Below, piece by piece: positions 10,006 through 19,030 of a stretch of DNA of 64,000 nt. The notes beneath the pieces are model-generated. The model was not told the origin of the DNA. It did no database searches and was given only the letters and a program-made list of their open reading frames with translations. Every line of letters starts with the position of its first letter. Position 1 is the first letter of the stretch. Both the position numbers and the translations under genes were made by a program. Source of the stretch: Bdellovibrionota bacterium (GTDB lineage Bacteria > Bdellovibrionota_C > UBA2361 > JAAYZI01). The stretch spans positions 480,001 to 544,000 of the forward strand of contig JBMNIF010000002.1 of NCBI GenBank assembly GCA_050950765.1, read 5' to 3'.

Positions 10006-10611
10006 TTATCTTCCAAGCGAAACGCGTCCTGCCAATGCACGAGAAAGGGTCACATCATCCAGATACTCCAACTCTCCCCCTTTAGGCACGCCTTGCGCCG
10101 GACGTGAAACATTAATATTAAAATCCTGCATTAAACGAGCTATATAAAGCGCCGTGGCATCTCCCTCAACAGTAGAAGATGTTGCGATAATCACCTCTTT
10201 TACAACGCCTGCTTCACACCTAGTCATCAACTCTTCTAAACGCATCGAATCAGCACCTTGTCCACGTAAAGGTGCCCACAATCCGTGCAAAACATGATAA
10301 TACCCCTTATATTCACCGGTTCTCTCTACGGAAACCAGATCCACAGGTTTTTCAACAACACACAATAGTGATTCATCCCGTGTCTCATCAGCACAGATAG
10401 GACAAATGTCACTATCAGTTAAAAAAAAGCACCTTTTACACAACTTTATTTCGGAAGCAGCCTTTAATAAAGCTCTAGACATATCTTTTGCTAGATCCTT
10501 TTCATGAACCACAAGGTGATACGCTAAGCGCGTTGCCGACTTCTCTCCGATAGTAGGCAACCTACTTAACTCCGCTATCAACTCCTGCATCTGTTTTGGG
10601 AATATCTGCAT
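10006..10611 (-). CDS. recR: Recombination mediator RecR
   Basis: LPTIGEKSATRLAYHL HhH motif, C4 zinc finger, Toprim EGDATA, ELEYLD. Confidence 0.96.
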   Translation of the reverse strand: MQIFPKQMQELIAELSRLPTIGEKSATRLAYHLVVHEKDLAKDMSRALLKAASEIKLCKRCFFLTDSDICPICADETRDESLLCVVEKPVDLVSVERTGEYKGYYHVLHGLWAPLRGQGADSMRLEELMTRCEAGVVKEVIIATSSTVEGDATALYIARLMQDFNINVSRPAQGVPKGGELEYLDDVTLSRALAGRVSLGR

Positions 10612-10769
10612 AAAAAGCCTTTTTTACACACACCTATCTACACAAAGAAAAACTGTCTAAGCACCTTATGCTGGAATCCTTAGAGGGTGTGTATGCCTTA
10701 ACATAACTTTCAACAACTCTAACTTTGTTTCAACACTAACGCAGAATCAAAAGAAAGATCGGTAAAAAA

Positions 10770-11102
10770 CTACATCAAGCCAGGTATATTAATTCCACCC
10801 GTAACTTTACTAAGCTCGTCCTGCACTGCCTCTTGAACCTTCGTTAAAGCCTCATTAGCAGCAGCTATAATTAAATCTTGCAACATCTCAACATCACTGG
10901 GATCAACTACCTGCTTATCGATAGTTAACTCTGCAATGCGGTTTTCACCATTCACAACAACTTTCACCATGCCACCACCGGAGCTTCCCTCTGCTGTTAA
11001 AAGCTTCGCCTTATCTTGTGCTTTTTGTAGATCTTGCTGCATCTTTTGAGCTTGCTTTAGCATGGCTTGCATATTGCCAGGCACTCCACCGAATTTACCC
11101 AT
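10770..11102 (-). CDS. ybaB: YbaB/EbfC nucleoid-associated protein
   Basis: MLKQAQKMQ...GGGMVKV...DVEMLQDLI; dnaX-ybaB-recR synteny. Confidence 0.95.
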   Translation of the reverse strand: MGKFGGVPGNMQAMLKQAQKMQQDLQKAQDKAKLLTAEGSSGGGMVKVVVNGENRIAELTIDKQVVDPSDVEMLQDLIIAAANEALTKVQEAVQDELSKVTGGINIPGLM

Positions 11103-11132
11103 TTAACATCTCCTTAAATATAAAAAATATTA

Positions 11133-12830
11133 TCATTCTTTAACTTTGATCTGCTCTATCTTACTTCCTGGAAACGCTTCCTGCAAAGCTAAAACAGCTG
11201 GATGCTCTTTTAACCCACTACTTCTCCGTTTCATCTTTTCAGAGCTATTTTTTTTTTCAACATCTCGCAAACTTCCTGGTTCAGCCCCCCCTTCAGTAGC
11301 ACCATTTGTTATAACTATCTTCCAATCTCCACACCGTGTATATGTAGTAAGAACTTCCTTTAACTTAGTCAAAGATTCCGACCGTGTTAAATAAGCCACA
11401 CTAAACTCGGGACCTTTTGCAATCAAGGTGCCCACCTTAAACTCAGTCGGAGAAAGTCGTTTCAACTGCTCTGAAAGAAGAGGAGACCTTACACTACCAA
11501 CAAACCCTGCCCATGAAATATCTTCATCTGTAAGAGGATCTTCTGGCGCACAACCTTCAGCCATTAGTTCTGAAGAGGAATCGTCACTTTTTTCTTTTGC
11601 AACAGATCTATCAGGAATTAAAGTTTTTTTTTGAGAGGGAGGAGAAGCTTTTTGTTGCACCGCTACACCTCCTCCCACCTTAGCTGTATTTAAAACAGTA
11701 CGTAAATTTATCAAAAGGTCTTCAAGATCTTTTACATTCTCCCGATTCGCCATCCGAATAACGAGAGCCTCTAAGGCATATTTCGGTTGCAAACTTCTTA
11801 GGGCTCTATCAGCTCCCTCCCGTCCAAGTTGTGCTAAATCTTGAATGTCCTGTTTACTGCAACCTTCAACCTGCTTTAATAGTTCAGCGGCGTTGTCTTT
11901 ACTAATACCGATCCCTTTTAAAGATCTTTCACCACCAAATTTAGCCAGCAAAAGCTCTCTCCAGTGCGTAGCAAACTCTTTTAAAAAGAGCGCTGGATCT
12001 AACCCCGTAGAAAAAGCCTGCTCTACTAAATCGATCGTTGCCGCACAATCATGCTCTAAAATAGCCTTAGAAAGGTTTAGCAAAACATTTTTATCGACGA
12101 CTCCTAGAACCTGTCCTGCCTCTGCAACAGTTACACTCTCTTCACAAAAAGATTGCACCCTGTCAAAAAGTGATTGTGCATCACGCATCGATCCTTCAGC
12201 CAGCCTCGCTATCATCCGAAAAACTTCCGGCTCAACCTTCAGCCCCTCCTTTTCAGCGATGCCGTGCAAGCAATCCTGAATTTCTTCAAATGTCAGAGAT
12301 CTAAAGTCATACCGTTGACACCGTGAAATAACGGTCTGCGGGATCTTTTGCGGTTCGGTAGTAGCTAAAATAAAGATCGTATTCGGTGGCGGCTCCTCAA
12401 GACTTTTTAATAAAGCATTAAAAGCCGAAATACTTAGCATATGTACTTCATCAATGATGTAGATCTTATTAAGAGATCCTAAAGGTGGAAGTGAACGGAA
12501 AGAATCTATCAGATCCCTAACATCATCAACACTGTTATGCGAAGCACCATCAATCTCTCTTACAGCAAGAGAGGTACCGTCAGTGATCTCTTTACAGTTT
12601 GTACAAACTCCACACGGTGTAGGGGTCGGACCCTCTGCACAATTTAATGCCTTTGCAAAGATCCTCGCTATTGAAGTCTTTCCGACACCTCTCGGACCAC
12701 AGAAGAGATAAGCGTGCGCTATCTTCCCACGCTTGATAGCATTGGCTAAGGTGCGCGTAACATGCTCCTGCCCCGAAACACTCTCAAAAGAAGAAGGACG
12801 ATATTTTCTGGCTAAAACCAAATACGACAT
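11133..12830 (-). CDS. dnaX: DNA polymerase III gamma/tau
   Basis: LARKYRP, GPRGVGKT, IIDEVHML, SRCQ. Confidence 0.97.
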   Translation of the reverse strand: MSYLVLARKYRPSSFESVSGQEHVTRTLANAIKRGKIAHAYLFCGPRGVGKTSIARIFAKALNCAEGPTPTPCGVCTNCKEITDGTSLAVREIDGASHNSVDDVRDLIDSFRSLPPLGSLNKIYIIDEVHMLSISAFNALLKSLEEPPPNTIFILATTEPQKIPQTVISRCQRYDFRSLTFEEIQDCLHGIAEKEGLKVEPEVFRMIARLAEGSMRDAQSLFDRVQSFCEESVTVAEAGQVLGVVDKNVLLNLSKAILEHDCAATIDLVEQAFSTGLDPALFLKEFATHWRELLLAKFGGERSLKGIGISKDNAAELLKQVEGCSKQDIQDLAQLGREGADRALRSLQPKYALEALVIRMANRENVKDLEDLLINLRTVLNTAKVGGGVAVQQKASPPSQKKTLIPDRSVAKEKSDDSSSELMAEGCAPEDPLTDEDISWAGFVGSVRSPLLSEQLKRLSPTEFKVGTLIAKGPEFSVAYLTRSESLTKLKEVLTTYTRCGDWKIVITNGATEGGAEPGSLRDVEKKNSSEKMKRRSSGLKEHPAVLALQEAFPGSKIEQIKVKE

Positions 12831-12883
12831 GACACAAACAAATATGAGGTGTGAAGTAGCAAACAGCTAAAATAAAAAATAGC

Positions 12884-12979
12884 GGCGGTTAAGATCCATA
12901 TCACAGAGAATGATCGCTTACGGCTGCTTCCTTCCGGACCTGACCGATTTCACGGTTCCCTCGCACGGATCATACCGCC
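12884..12979 (-). ncRNA. ffs: Small SRP RNA (4.5S)
   Basis: Minus strand has GGTCAGGTCCGGAAGGAAGCAGCC, paired GGCGGT/ACCGCC ends, and sits upstream of dnaX as usual. Confidence 0.92.
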
Positions 12980-13049
12980 AATTAAATACTATAAAAAATC
13001 CAACAAAAAAGCACTACCCTACAAAATAAACGTTATTTATCAATAAGAT

Positions 13050-13202
13050 CTACTTTTGAGAGAGTAAGTTCCTTATAATTTTTTAGTGGTATTTAACTTT
13101 AGAGAGGAAAAAACTATTGCTGAAGAGAAACTCTACCTTTGAGACAGCGCATCCCTTATAATTTTTTAGTGGCATTTAACTTTAGAGAGGAAAAAACTAT
13201 TT
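13050..13202. repeat. Direct duplication (period 83 bp) overlapping the stop codon of the next gene
   Basis: CCTTATAATTTTTTAGTGG(T/C)ATTTAACTTTAGAGAGGAAAAAACTATT at 13071-13118 and 13154-13201. Confidence 0.85.
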
Positions 13203-14153
13203 TGTCTTAATTAAGCGATCTATTAAAGCGATATCATCATTAACGCGTTTAGCGATCTGTCTTAAATCAACACGCAAAGCTTTTAGAGCTGGCAAGCTCT
13301 TCTCATGCTTAATTCCATACTTTATACTTTCAAGAGTTTTATTATTAGCAGAACGTAAGGAGCTTAATTTAAACTTCACACTCTTCGCTTTAGTTTGATA
13401 CTGACGATATTTAGTATTTCTACGACTGATACTTCTTTGCAACCTATTATATTCTGCCTGCAACTCGCTGCGTAGATTCGTAAAGGCATCAGGCTTAGGC
13501 GGTGCATAACGTGCTTTCGGTTGCGAAGCTACTTGTGAAACAGCTGGTGGTGCTTTTACCGTACGACTCTGCACAGCAGTAGTGGCATTAGCAAGATTAC
13601 TCTTATACCTTTGTATCTCCTTATCCGCAGCTTCGACTTCAGCTCTAAGCTTTAGGATCTCCCCCTTCTCTTCAACGCAGAGGTTGTGAGGTGTCGATTG
13701 AGCACTTCTCAGTTCTGCCGCCTCATTTTGTAACGTGAATATCCTCTGCTCTGCTTCTTGTAACTTTCTCTCAAGCTCTATCGAACGATCGGGTGGACAA
13801 GTGGGGGCTTTTACCTCCTCAACTTTAACACCTTCAACCTGCACCCCTTCTGCGACAACACTATCAACCAGAATATCCTTTTCAACTAAAGCACCATCTT
13901 TTTTTTCTACATCGGCACCTTGTGAACGACGCCCGCCCCTCCTTTCAAGTTCACTTTCCAGATCTTGAATTTGCCGACTTAAATCTTCCACACTAAGCTC
14001 TAATTCAGCAATATAATCAATTATCCTAACACCTTGCGCATCAGTTCTGTAAGCTCTACCATCCGGTAAGCGTCCCCGTAACGGCTCATCTTCAGCCATA
14101 ACAGCCGTAGTACTACAAAGAAGGAGAAGGAGAGTTCGGAAAAGGCACTTCAT
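13197..14153 (-). CDS. Exported coiled-coil hypothetical protein
   Basis: Signal peptide, heptad-rich segments, basic C-terminus. Confidence 0.7.
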   Translation of the reverse strand: MKCLFRTLLLLLCSTTAVMAEDEPLRGRLPDGRAYRTDAQGVRIIDYIAELELSVEDLSRQIQDLESELERRGGRRSQGADVEKKDGALVEKDILVDSVVAEGVQVEGVKVEEVKAPTCPPDRSIELERKLQEAEQRIFTLQNEAAELRSAQSTPHNLCVEEKGEILKLRAEVEAADKEIQRYKSNLANATTAVQSRTVKAPPAVSQVASQPKARYAPPKPDAFTNLRSELQAEYNRLQRSISRRNTKYRQYQTKAKSVKFKLSSLRSANNKTLESIKYGIKHEKSLPALKALRVDLRQIAKRVNDDIALIDRLIKTK

Positions 14154-14351
14154 AAAAATAACTCCTAATAATTACAAGATGTTACAAACCAAAAAGAGAA
14201 CCTTTAGCAGTACTAAAAATAAAAACAGTTTTTTTAAAGAATATTATATAAAAGCAGTGCGCCGCAATAGTTTTTAGGCGCATCGTAAAAGATAGCGCTA
14301 ACATCCAAAGAGGATAATACCCGTTTTTTAAAATATCAACGACATAAAAAC

Positions 14352-15332
14352 ATGGCTGACGAACAAAAACTACGCAATCAAGTTATCTCGCACCGCATGC
14401 TAAACTACCTAAACGGAGCCTTTCAAGGGCAGTTTGCCTTTTACAACATCCTTGCGCAACTAAAGAGCACACACTTTTCGCTCACTACCATCTCTACAAT
14501 AAAAGAAAAGATAACTCGCACTAACGAATTGATAGACAAGTTGTGGGATGGCGAAGTTCTTTTTCTTGAAGAGCGCGCCAGAGATCAGAGTAAAGAAACG
14601 GAAGAAGTTCGAGATATGCTTAAAGAGTTAGTGACTGAAACTCTTAATCTCGCTTACACCACACAACAGATCTTACAAAATCGGGAATATTACAAAGATC
14701 CGGAACAGGTTAAGATCTTAGCGGCTGCATACGGACGGAGCTGCTACTCAAAAGATAATTATATCAGAGGATTTATTAAGTTTGCACAGATCTTCAGCGA
14801 CCGTGATATGGAAGAAGCGTGGCAAAACGACCTGCAACAGGCTCAAGCTGATGTAAAATATGCTAATGAGTTCATTATGGCTCTTAAAAAAGACGAAGAG
14901 AAAGATATCTCGTTTTTTATGCATCTACACTATACAGCGCGCCTTCTACCAGGTGTTTATTCTGCACAGGTGCACGATATATACCAACTCCTATGCGCCG
15001 GTTTCGGAGACTTCAGTTACGAAGCTGCTAAGATAGAGCCGAATGAAGCAAGGCTCTGGGAAAGAATTGATGTTCCAGCTATCGAAGCAGGCTACTGGCG
15101 CGCTTACGGATTTTCACCTGAAAACAGTGTAGTGTGGAAAAAGGAAGGCTTCCTCAATCCGTTACACGCTTGCGAATGGGCAACTATCGGACTAGATCCC
15201 AAAACCTCATCAGATTGGCTTAAATGCAGATTTTCTCCACTGGAAGCTTTAAACTGGTTAGCAGCAAATTATTCTCCAGAGGAAGCTTTGGAATCTATAA
15301 AAAAAGGGGTTTTATCTCCTATTGAAAAATAA
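14352..15332 (+). CDS. Hypothetical protein with C-terminal Trp-containing 13-14 aa repeats
   Basis: 326 aa ORF with repeated W-x3-(F/Y/L)-x-P-x2-A-x2-W units. Confidence 0.7.
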   Translation: MADEQKLRNQVISHRMLNYLNGAFQGQFAFYNILAQLKSTHFSLTTISTIKEKITRTNELIDKLWDGEVLFLEERARDQSKETEEVRDMLKELVTETLNLAYTTQQILQNREYYKDPEQVKILAAAYGRSCYSKDNYIRGFIKFAQIFSDRDMEEAWQNDLQQAQADVKYANEFIMALKKDEEKDISFFMHLHYTARLLPGVYSAQVHDIYQLLCAGFGDFSYEAAKIEPNEARLWERIDVPAIEAGYWRAYGFSPENSVVWKKEGFLNPLHACEWATIGLDPKTSSDWLKCRFSPLEALNWLAANYSPEEALESIKKGVLSPIEK

Positions 15333-15627
15333 AGGAGCTTTTTACCTTAAAATCAAAGTGTCCTTTTCCCCACATAAATAAGCTCCTTTTACCCCTCCAT
15401 AACAAATAGCCTCCTAGTTGCACATAAAAACCCCAACTTTATAAAGAAGTTGAGTCCTTTTTGCGAAACTATCTATCTAATCTGTACTAAGTGCTATTTT
15501 GACAATAACAGCACTTTAATTATTGAAGATAGGGTGTGACGTACAAATCCACTTAAAAAATGCTTAGCCGTTAATTTTGATGTTTATATTACGGAGAGCA
15601 GAAAAACGTTATTGAGGAATAACAAAG

Positions 15628-17709
15628 ATGGTCAACGATACTAAAGAAACACAAAATGAACTTAACCCCCAACTCTCTGAAGAAACATCAAGTGTTAATG
15701 CGGATACGTCTGACATTCCTGATTTCCCTGATATTCATGATGAAGAAAGTAATTTTGAAGATACAGTCCAGATGCCACAAGAGTTGGTGGATGCTTTAGC
15801 AAAAAGTATTGAAAGCACCCCTGATACCCCCTCTTCTTTAACGCCACAAAAAAAGGAAGGACACCCTCTTAGAACTATTATATTACTTATCGTTTTATTA
15901 GGAGTGGGAGGCGGTGCAGTTTGGGCTTATCAAAACAAAGAAGACCTCTCGACATATACCAACGTAGCTATAACAAAAACAACAACTCTTGTTAAAACGA
16001 TCATAGATAAGATCAAAGCTATAACCTCCTCTGAAGAACAGTCAGAAGAAAGTGGTAATGAAGAAGGGTTTTCTGAAGAGTTTCCAGATCTCTCACTATC
16101 AGACGAGAGTACTTCTAAAAGCGACTCTCTCGATACTCCAGAAAGCACCCCTCAACAAAACGTTGCTACTAAAGAGGGATCGGAAGTTGATGACTCTCTT
16201 GCACTAGATCTCCTTGAAGAGGGCGCTATTACTAAAGAGGAGATGGCTGCACACACCACTTTAGGGAGCATTGCTGACGAGGTAAACGAATTTGAAAATT
16301 TATTAAATGATGCAGAAGACACCCTAAATATCCCTCAAGCAAGAGATAATGCAGATATCAAAAATGATACTCCTAGTGACGACCTTAAAAAAATCGAAGA
16401 AGAGGAGAAGGCATTAGGTGCTTCCGATCAAGTTGAGGCACCACTTGAAGGAGGTAATACGGAAGATATCTCTAAAGAATTAGTAGCTGAATCTCTGGAA
16501 GAGGATATTTTAAAAGAGACTTCAGAGCTTGAAGTAGATCAGAGAGAGGAGGCGTCTCAAGAATTAGTAGTTGATTTTACGGAAGAGGATGTTTTAAAAG
16601 AAACTGTCTCTCTGGATAAACCTCTTAATAAAGAAGAACAAGTTATAAAAGATCTGATAGTAACCTACGGCATTGAAGAGAAAGAGGCTCTTTCATTAAC
16701 AAAAATTTTAGGAGAGATGAGTAAAGCTTTTAACCTTGAGCAAGCTTTAGTTACTGCTATCGTTTCTGCAGAGAGCTCTTTTAATGCTTCAATAGTTTCA
16801 AGTAGTGGTAAGATCGGCCTCTTACAACTAACACCGGAGACGGCTCAAATGATCAATCGGCTATCGAAATCTGCCGTTCCTGTAAACGATCTAACAGACC
16901 CGAAGAGTAACCTAACTTTAGGCTTATGGTATATAAAGTTCTTAGGCGAACAATTTCAAGGTGACCTCTGGAAAACTCTTGCCGCTTATGAGATGGGGGT
17001 AACGGAATTCGAAAAAGTACAGGGATCAAAGAGGAACTTACCAACATTCACTAAACGTTACCTTAACAACATTAAACTTATCTATAAAAAACTCACTCAA
17101 AAAGGAGAAGTTGCTGCCGCAGCCGCCTTTAAAAACTCTCTTTCCAAGAGCGTTGTTACGGAAAGTATACCATTAGCTGGCGTAAAAAGTGACAGTGTAA
17201 AAACTTCAACACCTAAAAGAATTGTTTCGGCGAAATCACTTCCTGAGATTATCGCTTCAACTGTTGTTCCTCCTACTATGCGAGATCAGATGGCAACTTT
17301 AGTTGAAGAGGAGGCAAAAGCATTTAATTTAGATCCTTTATTTGTAGCAGCTGTTATTATGTCAGAAAGCTCTTTTAACTCTGGAATCGTTGCTCCTTCT
17401 GAAAAAGTTGGACTCTTACAGGTAGATCCGAATAGAGGAGAAGAGATCGCTAAGTTAACCGGTAAGAGTTGGCGGGGTAAAGAGGCGCTTTTAGAAGCGG
17501 AGTATAACCTTAACTTCGGTCTGGCGTACTTAAACTATTCTCTAAAATTATACCCAAATAATTTAAGAAAGGCGCTACTCACATATAACTTAGGAAGAGA
17601 GGAGGCGGAAAAAGAGATGGTAAAAACCTCTCCACTTGCTGAACGTTATATACAAAACATTCAAACTTACATGAAAGGTTGGGGGGTAAAAAACCCTTAT
17701 CTTGAATAG
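15628..17709 (+). CDS. Membrane-anchored protein with two SLT lytic transglycosylase domains
   Basis: Single TM; AIVSAESSF...GLLQL...AAYEMG and AVIMSESSF...GLLQV...TYNLG. Confidence 0.85.
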   Translation: MVNDTKETQNELNPQLSEETSSVNADTSDIPDFPDIHDEESNFEDTVQMPQELVDALAKSIESTPDTPSSLTPQKKEGHPLRTIILLIVLLGVGGGAVWAYQNKEDLSTYTNVAITKTTTLVKTIIDKIKAITSSEEQSEESGNEEGFSEEFPDLSLSDESTSKSDSLDTPESTPQQNVATKEGSEVDDSLALDLLEEGAITKEEMAAHTTLGSIADEVNEFENLLNDAEDTLNIPQARDNADIKNDTPSDDLKKIEEEEKALGASDQVEAPLEGGNTEDISKELVAESLEEDILKETSELEVDQREEASQELVVDFTEEDVLKETVSLDKPLNKEEQVIKDLIVTYGIEEKEALSLTKILGEMSKAFNLEQALVTAIVSAESSFNASIVSSSGKIGLLQLTPETAQMINRLSKSAVPVNDLTDPKSNLTLGLWYIKFLGEQFQGDLWKTLAAYEMGVTEFEKVQGSKRNLPTFTKRYLNNIKLIYKKLTQKGEVAAAAAFKNSLSKSVVTESIPLAGVKSDSVKTSTPKRIVSAKSLPEIIASTVVPPTMRDQMATLVEEEAKAFNLDPLFVAAVIMSESSFNSGIVAPSEKVGLLQVDPNRGEEIAKLTGKSWRGKEALLEAEYNLNFGLAYLNYSLKLYPNNLRKALLTYNLGREEAEKEMVKTSPLAERYIQNIQTYMKGWGVKNPYLE

Positions 17710-18020
17710 TTTTTCTTACAGTAAGATTGACTTACAGGAGACTTAAGAAATTTAAACTTATAAGGTAAAAAACCTTATCTTGAATAGTTTTTCTTGCAGT
17801 AAGATTGACTTACAGGAAAACTAAGGATTTTAAACTTACAAGGTAAAAACCTTATCTTGAATAGTTTTTCTTACAGTAAGATTGACTTACAAGGATGCTT
17901 AAGAAATTTAAACTTATAAGGTAAAAACCTTATCTTGAATAGTTTTTCTTGCAGTAAGATTGACTTACAGGAGACTTAAGAAATTTAAACTTATAAGGTA
18001 AAAAACCTTACCTTGAATAA
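17685..18020. repeat. Tandem repeat, ~78 bp x 4.3
   Basis: GGTAAAAA(A)CCTTATCTTGAATAGTTTTTCTT(A/G)CAGTAAGATTGACTTACA... starting at about 17685, 17764, 17842, 17920 and 17997. Confidence 0.95.
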
Positions 18021-18033
18021 AGTTTTTTTACCT

Positions 18034-18792
18034 TTAAAACTCGCAAGGCACATCAAAAAACTCGACACTAATTCCGAAACGTTTTGCCAGAAGTTTTCCA
18101 AGATTTATTATGCCCAACTTTTCTGTATTGTAATGTCCGGCATTGATTACATTTAATCCCAACTCTTCAGCCGCTCTAACGACCTTCTCTTTAGCATCAC
18201 CACACAGAAAGGTATCAGCCCCACCTTCTACCGTTTCCAAAAAGCAAGACGACGAACCGCCTGAGATGATGGCAACATCACTAACCTTAGCCGAACCTTT
18301 TGCAACGATAGTAGATTTAACAGAGAGCTTTTTATCTACTGATGAAACGAAAGCTTTTAATGTTTGTGGCTTATCAAGTTTACCGACAAAACCGACTGAA
18401 CACTTTTTTAATTTTTTCACCCCTAATAATTTACACAATGAGGCGTTATTACCGATCTGAGGGTGTGCATCAAGTGGCAAGTGAAATCCAGCCAAGTTAA
18501 TATTATGGCGCAAAAGTTGTGCTAAACGCTTCTTCATAAATCCACTGACTGTAAGATTCGGAGGAGTCCCGAACATATCTCCGAACAAACCGTGATGCAC
18601 TAGAACCATTTCAGCTTCAACCTCAATAGCGTGTTGCACCAACTGCATAGACCAACTTACCCCCGTAACGATCTTAGAGATATCTTCCTTACCTTCAACC
18701 TGCAAACCGTTTACACAATAATCTTGAAACTCTGCAACTTTTAAATAATCACGACAAAACTTTATAAGCTTATCTCGTTTAACACTCTTCAT
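18034..18792 (-). CDS. Nif3/DUF34 dinuclear metal-centre protein
   Basis: DYCVNGLQVEG, VHHG, HLPLDAHP..GNN, GHYNTE. Confidence 0.92.
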   Translation of the reverse strand: MKSVKRDKLIKFCRDYLKVAEFQDYCVNGLQVEGKEDISKIVTGVSWSMQLVQHAIEVEAEMVLVHHGLFGDMFGTPPNLTVSGFMKKRLAQLLRHNINLAGFHLPLDAHPQIGNNASLCKLLGVKKLKKCSVGFVGKLDKPQTLKAFVSSVDKKLSVKSTIVAKGSAKVSDVAIISGGSSSCFLETVEGGADTFLCGDAKEKVVRAAEELGLNVINAGHYNTEKLGIINLGKLLAKRFGISVEFFDVPCEF

Positions 18793-19030
18793 GAAGTTCC
18801 CTCTCTAAAAAATCGTGCTCTATTTTTTTCACACTATTACTATAAAAACTAGGTATCTTTTAACTACGCCACCCCTTATTATATCACCTTCCTGCAATAT
18901 TTTTTACATTTATCACTACGCACCTCGATATATAAACACCGTTTAAAAAAACCGTTTTTCTACAAATCTCAAAAAAAGATAGCACTATCAAGGTATTATA
19001 AAAGATAGCTGAAAATAAACTAACTTTAAG

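Noticed and set aside
17685..18020. CRISPR array
   Set aside because: The putative spacers are homologous to each other, the constant part is ~50 bp, and no cas genes are in the window.
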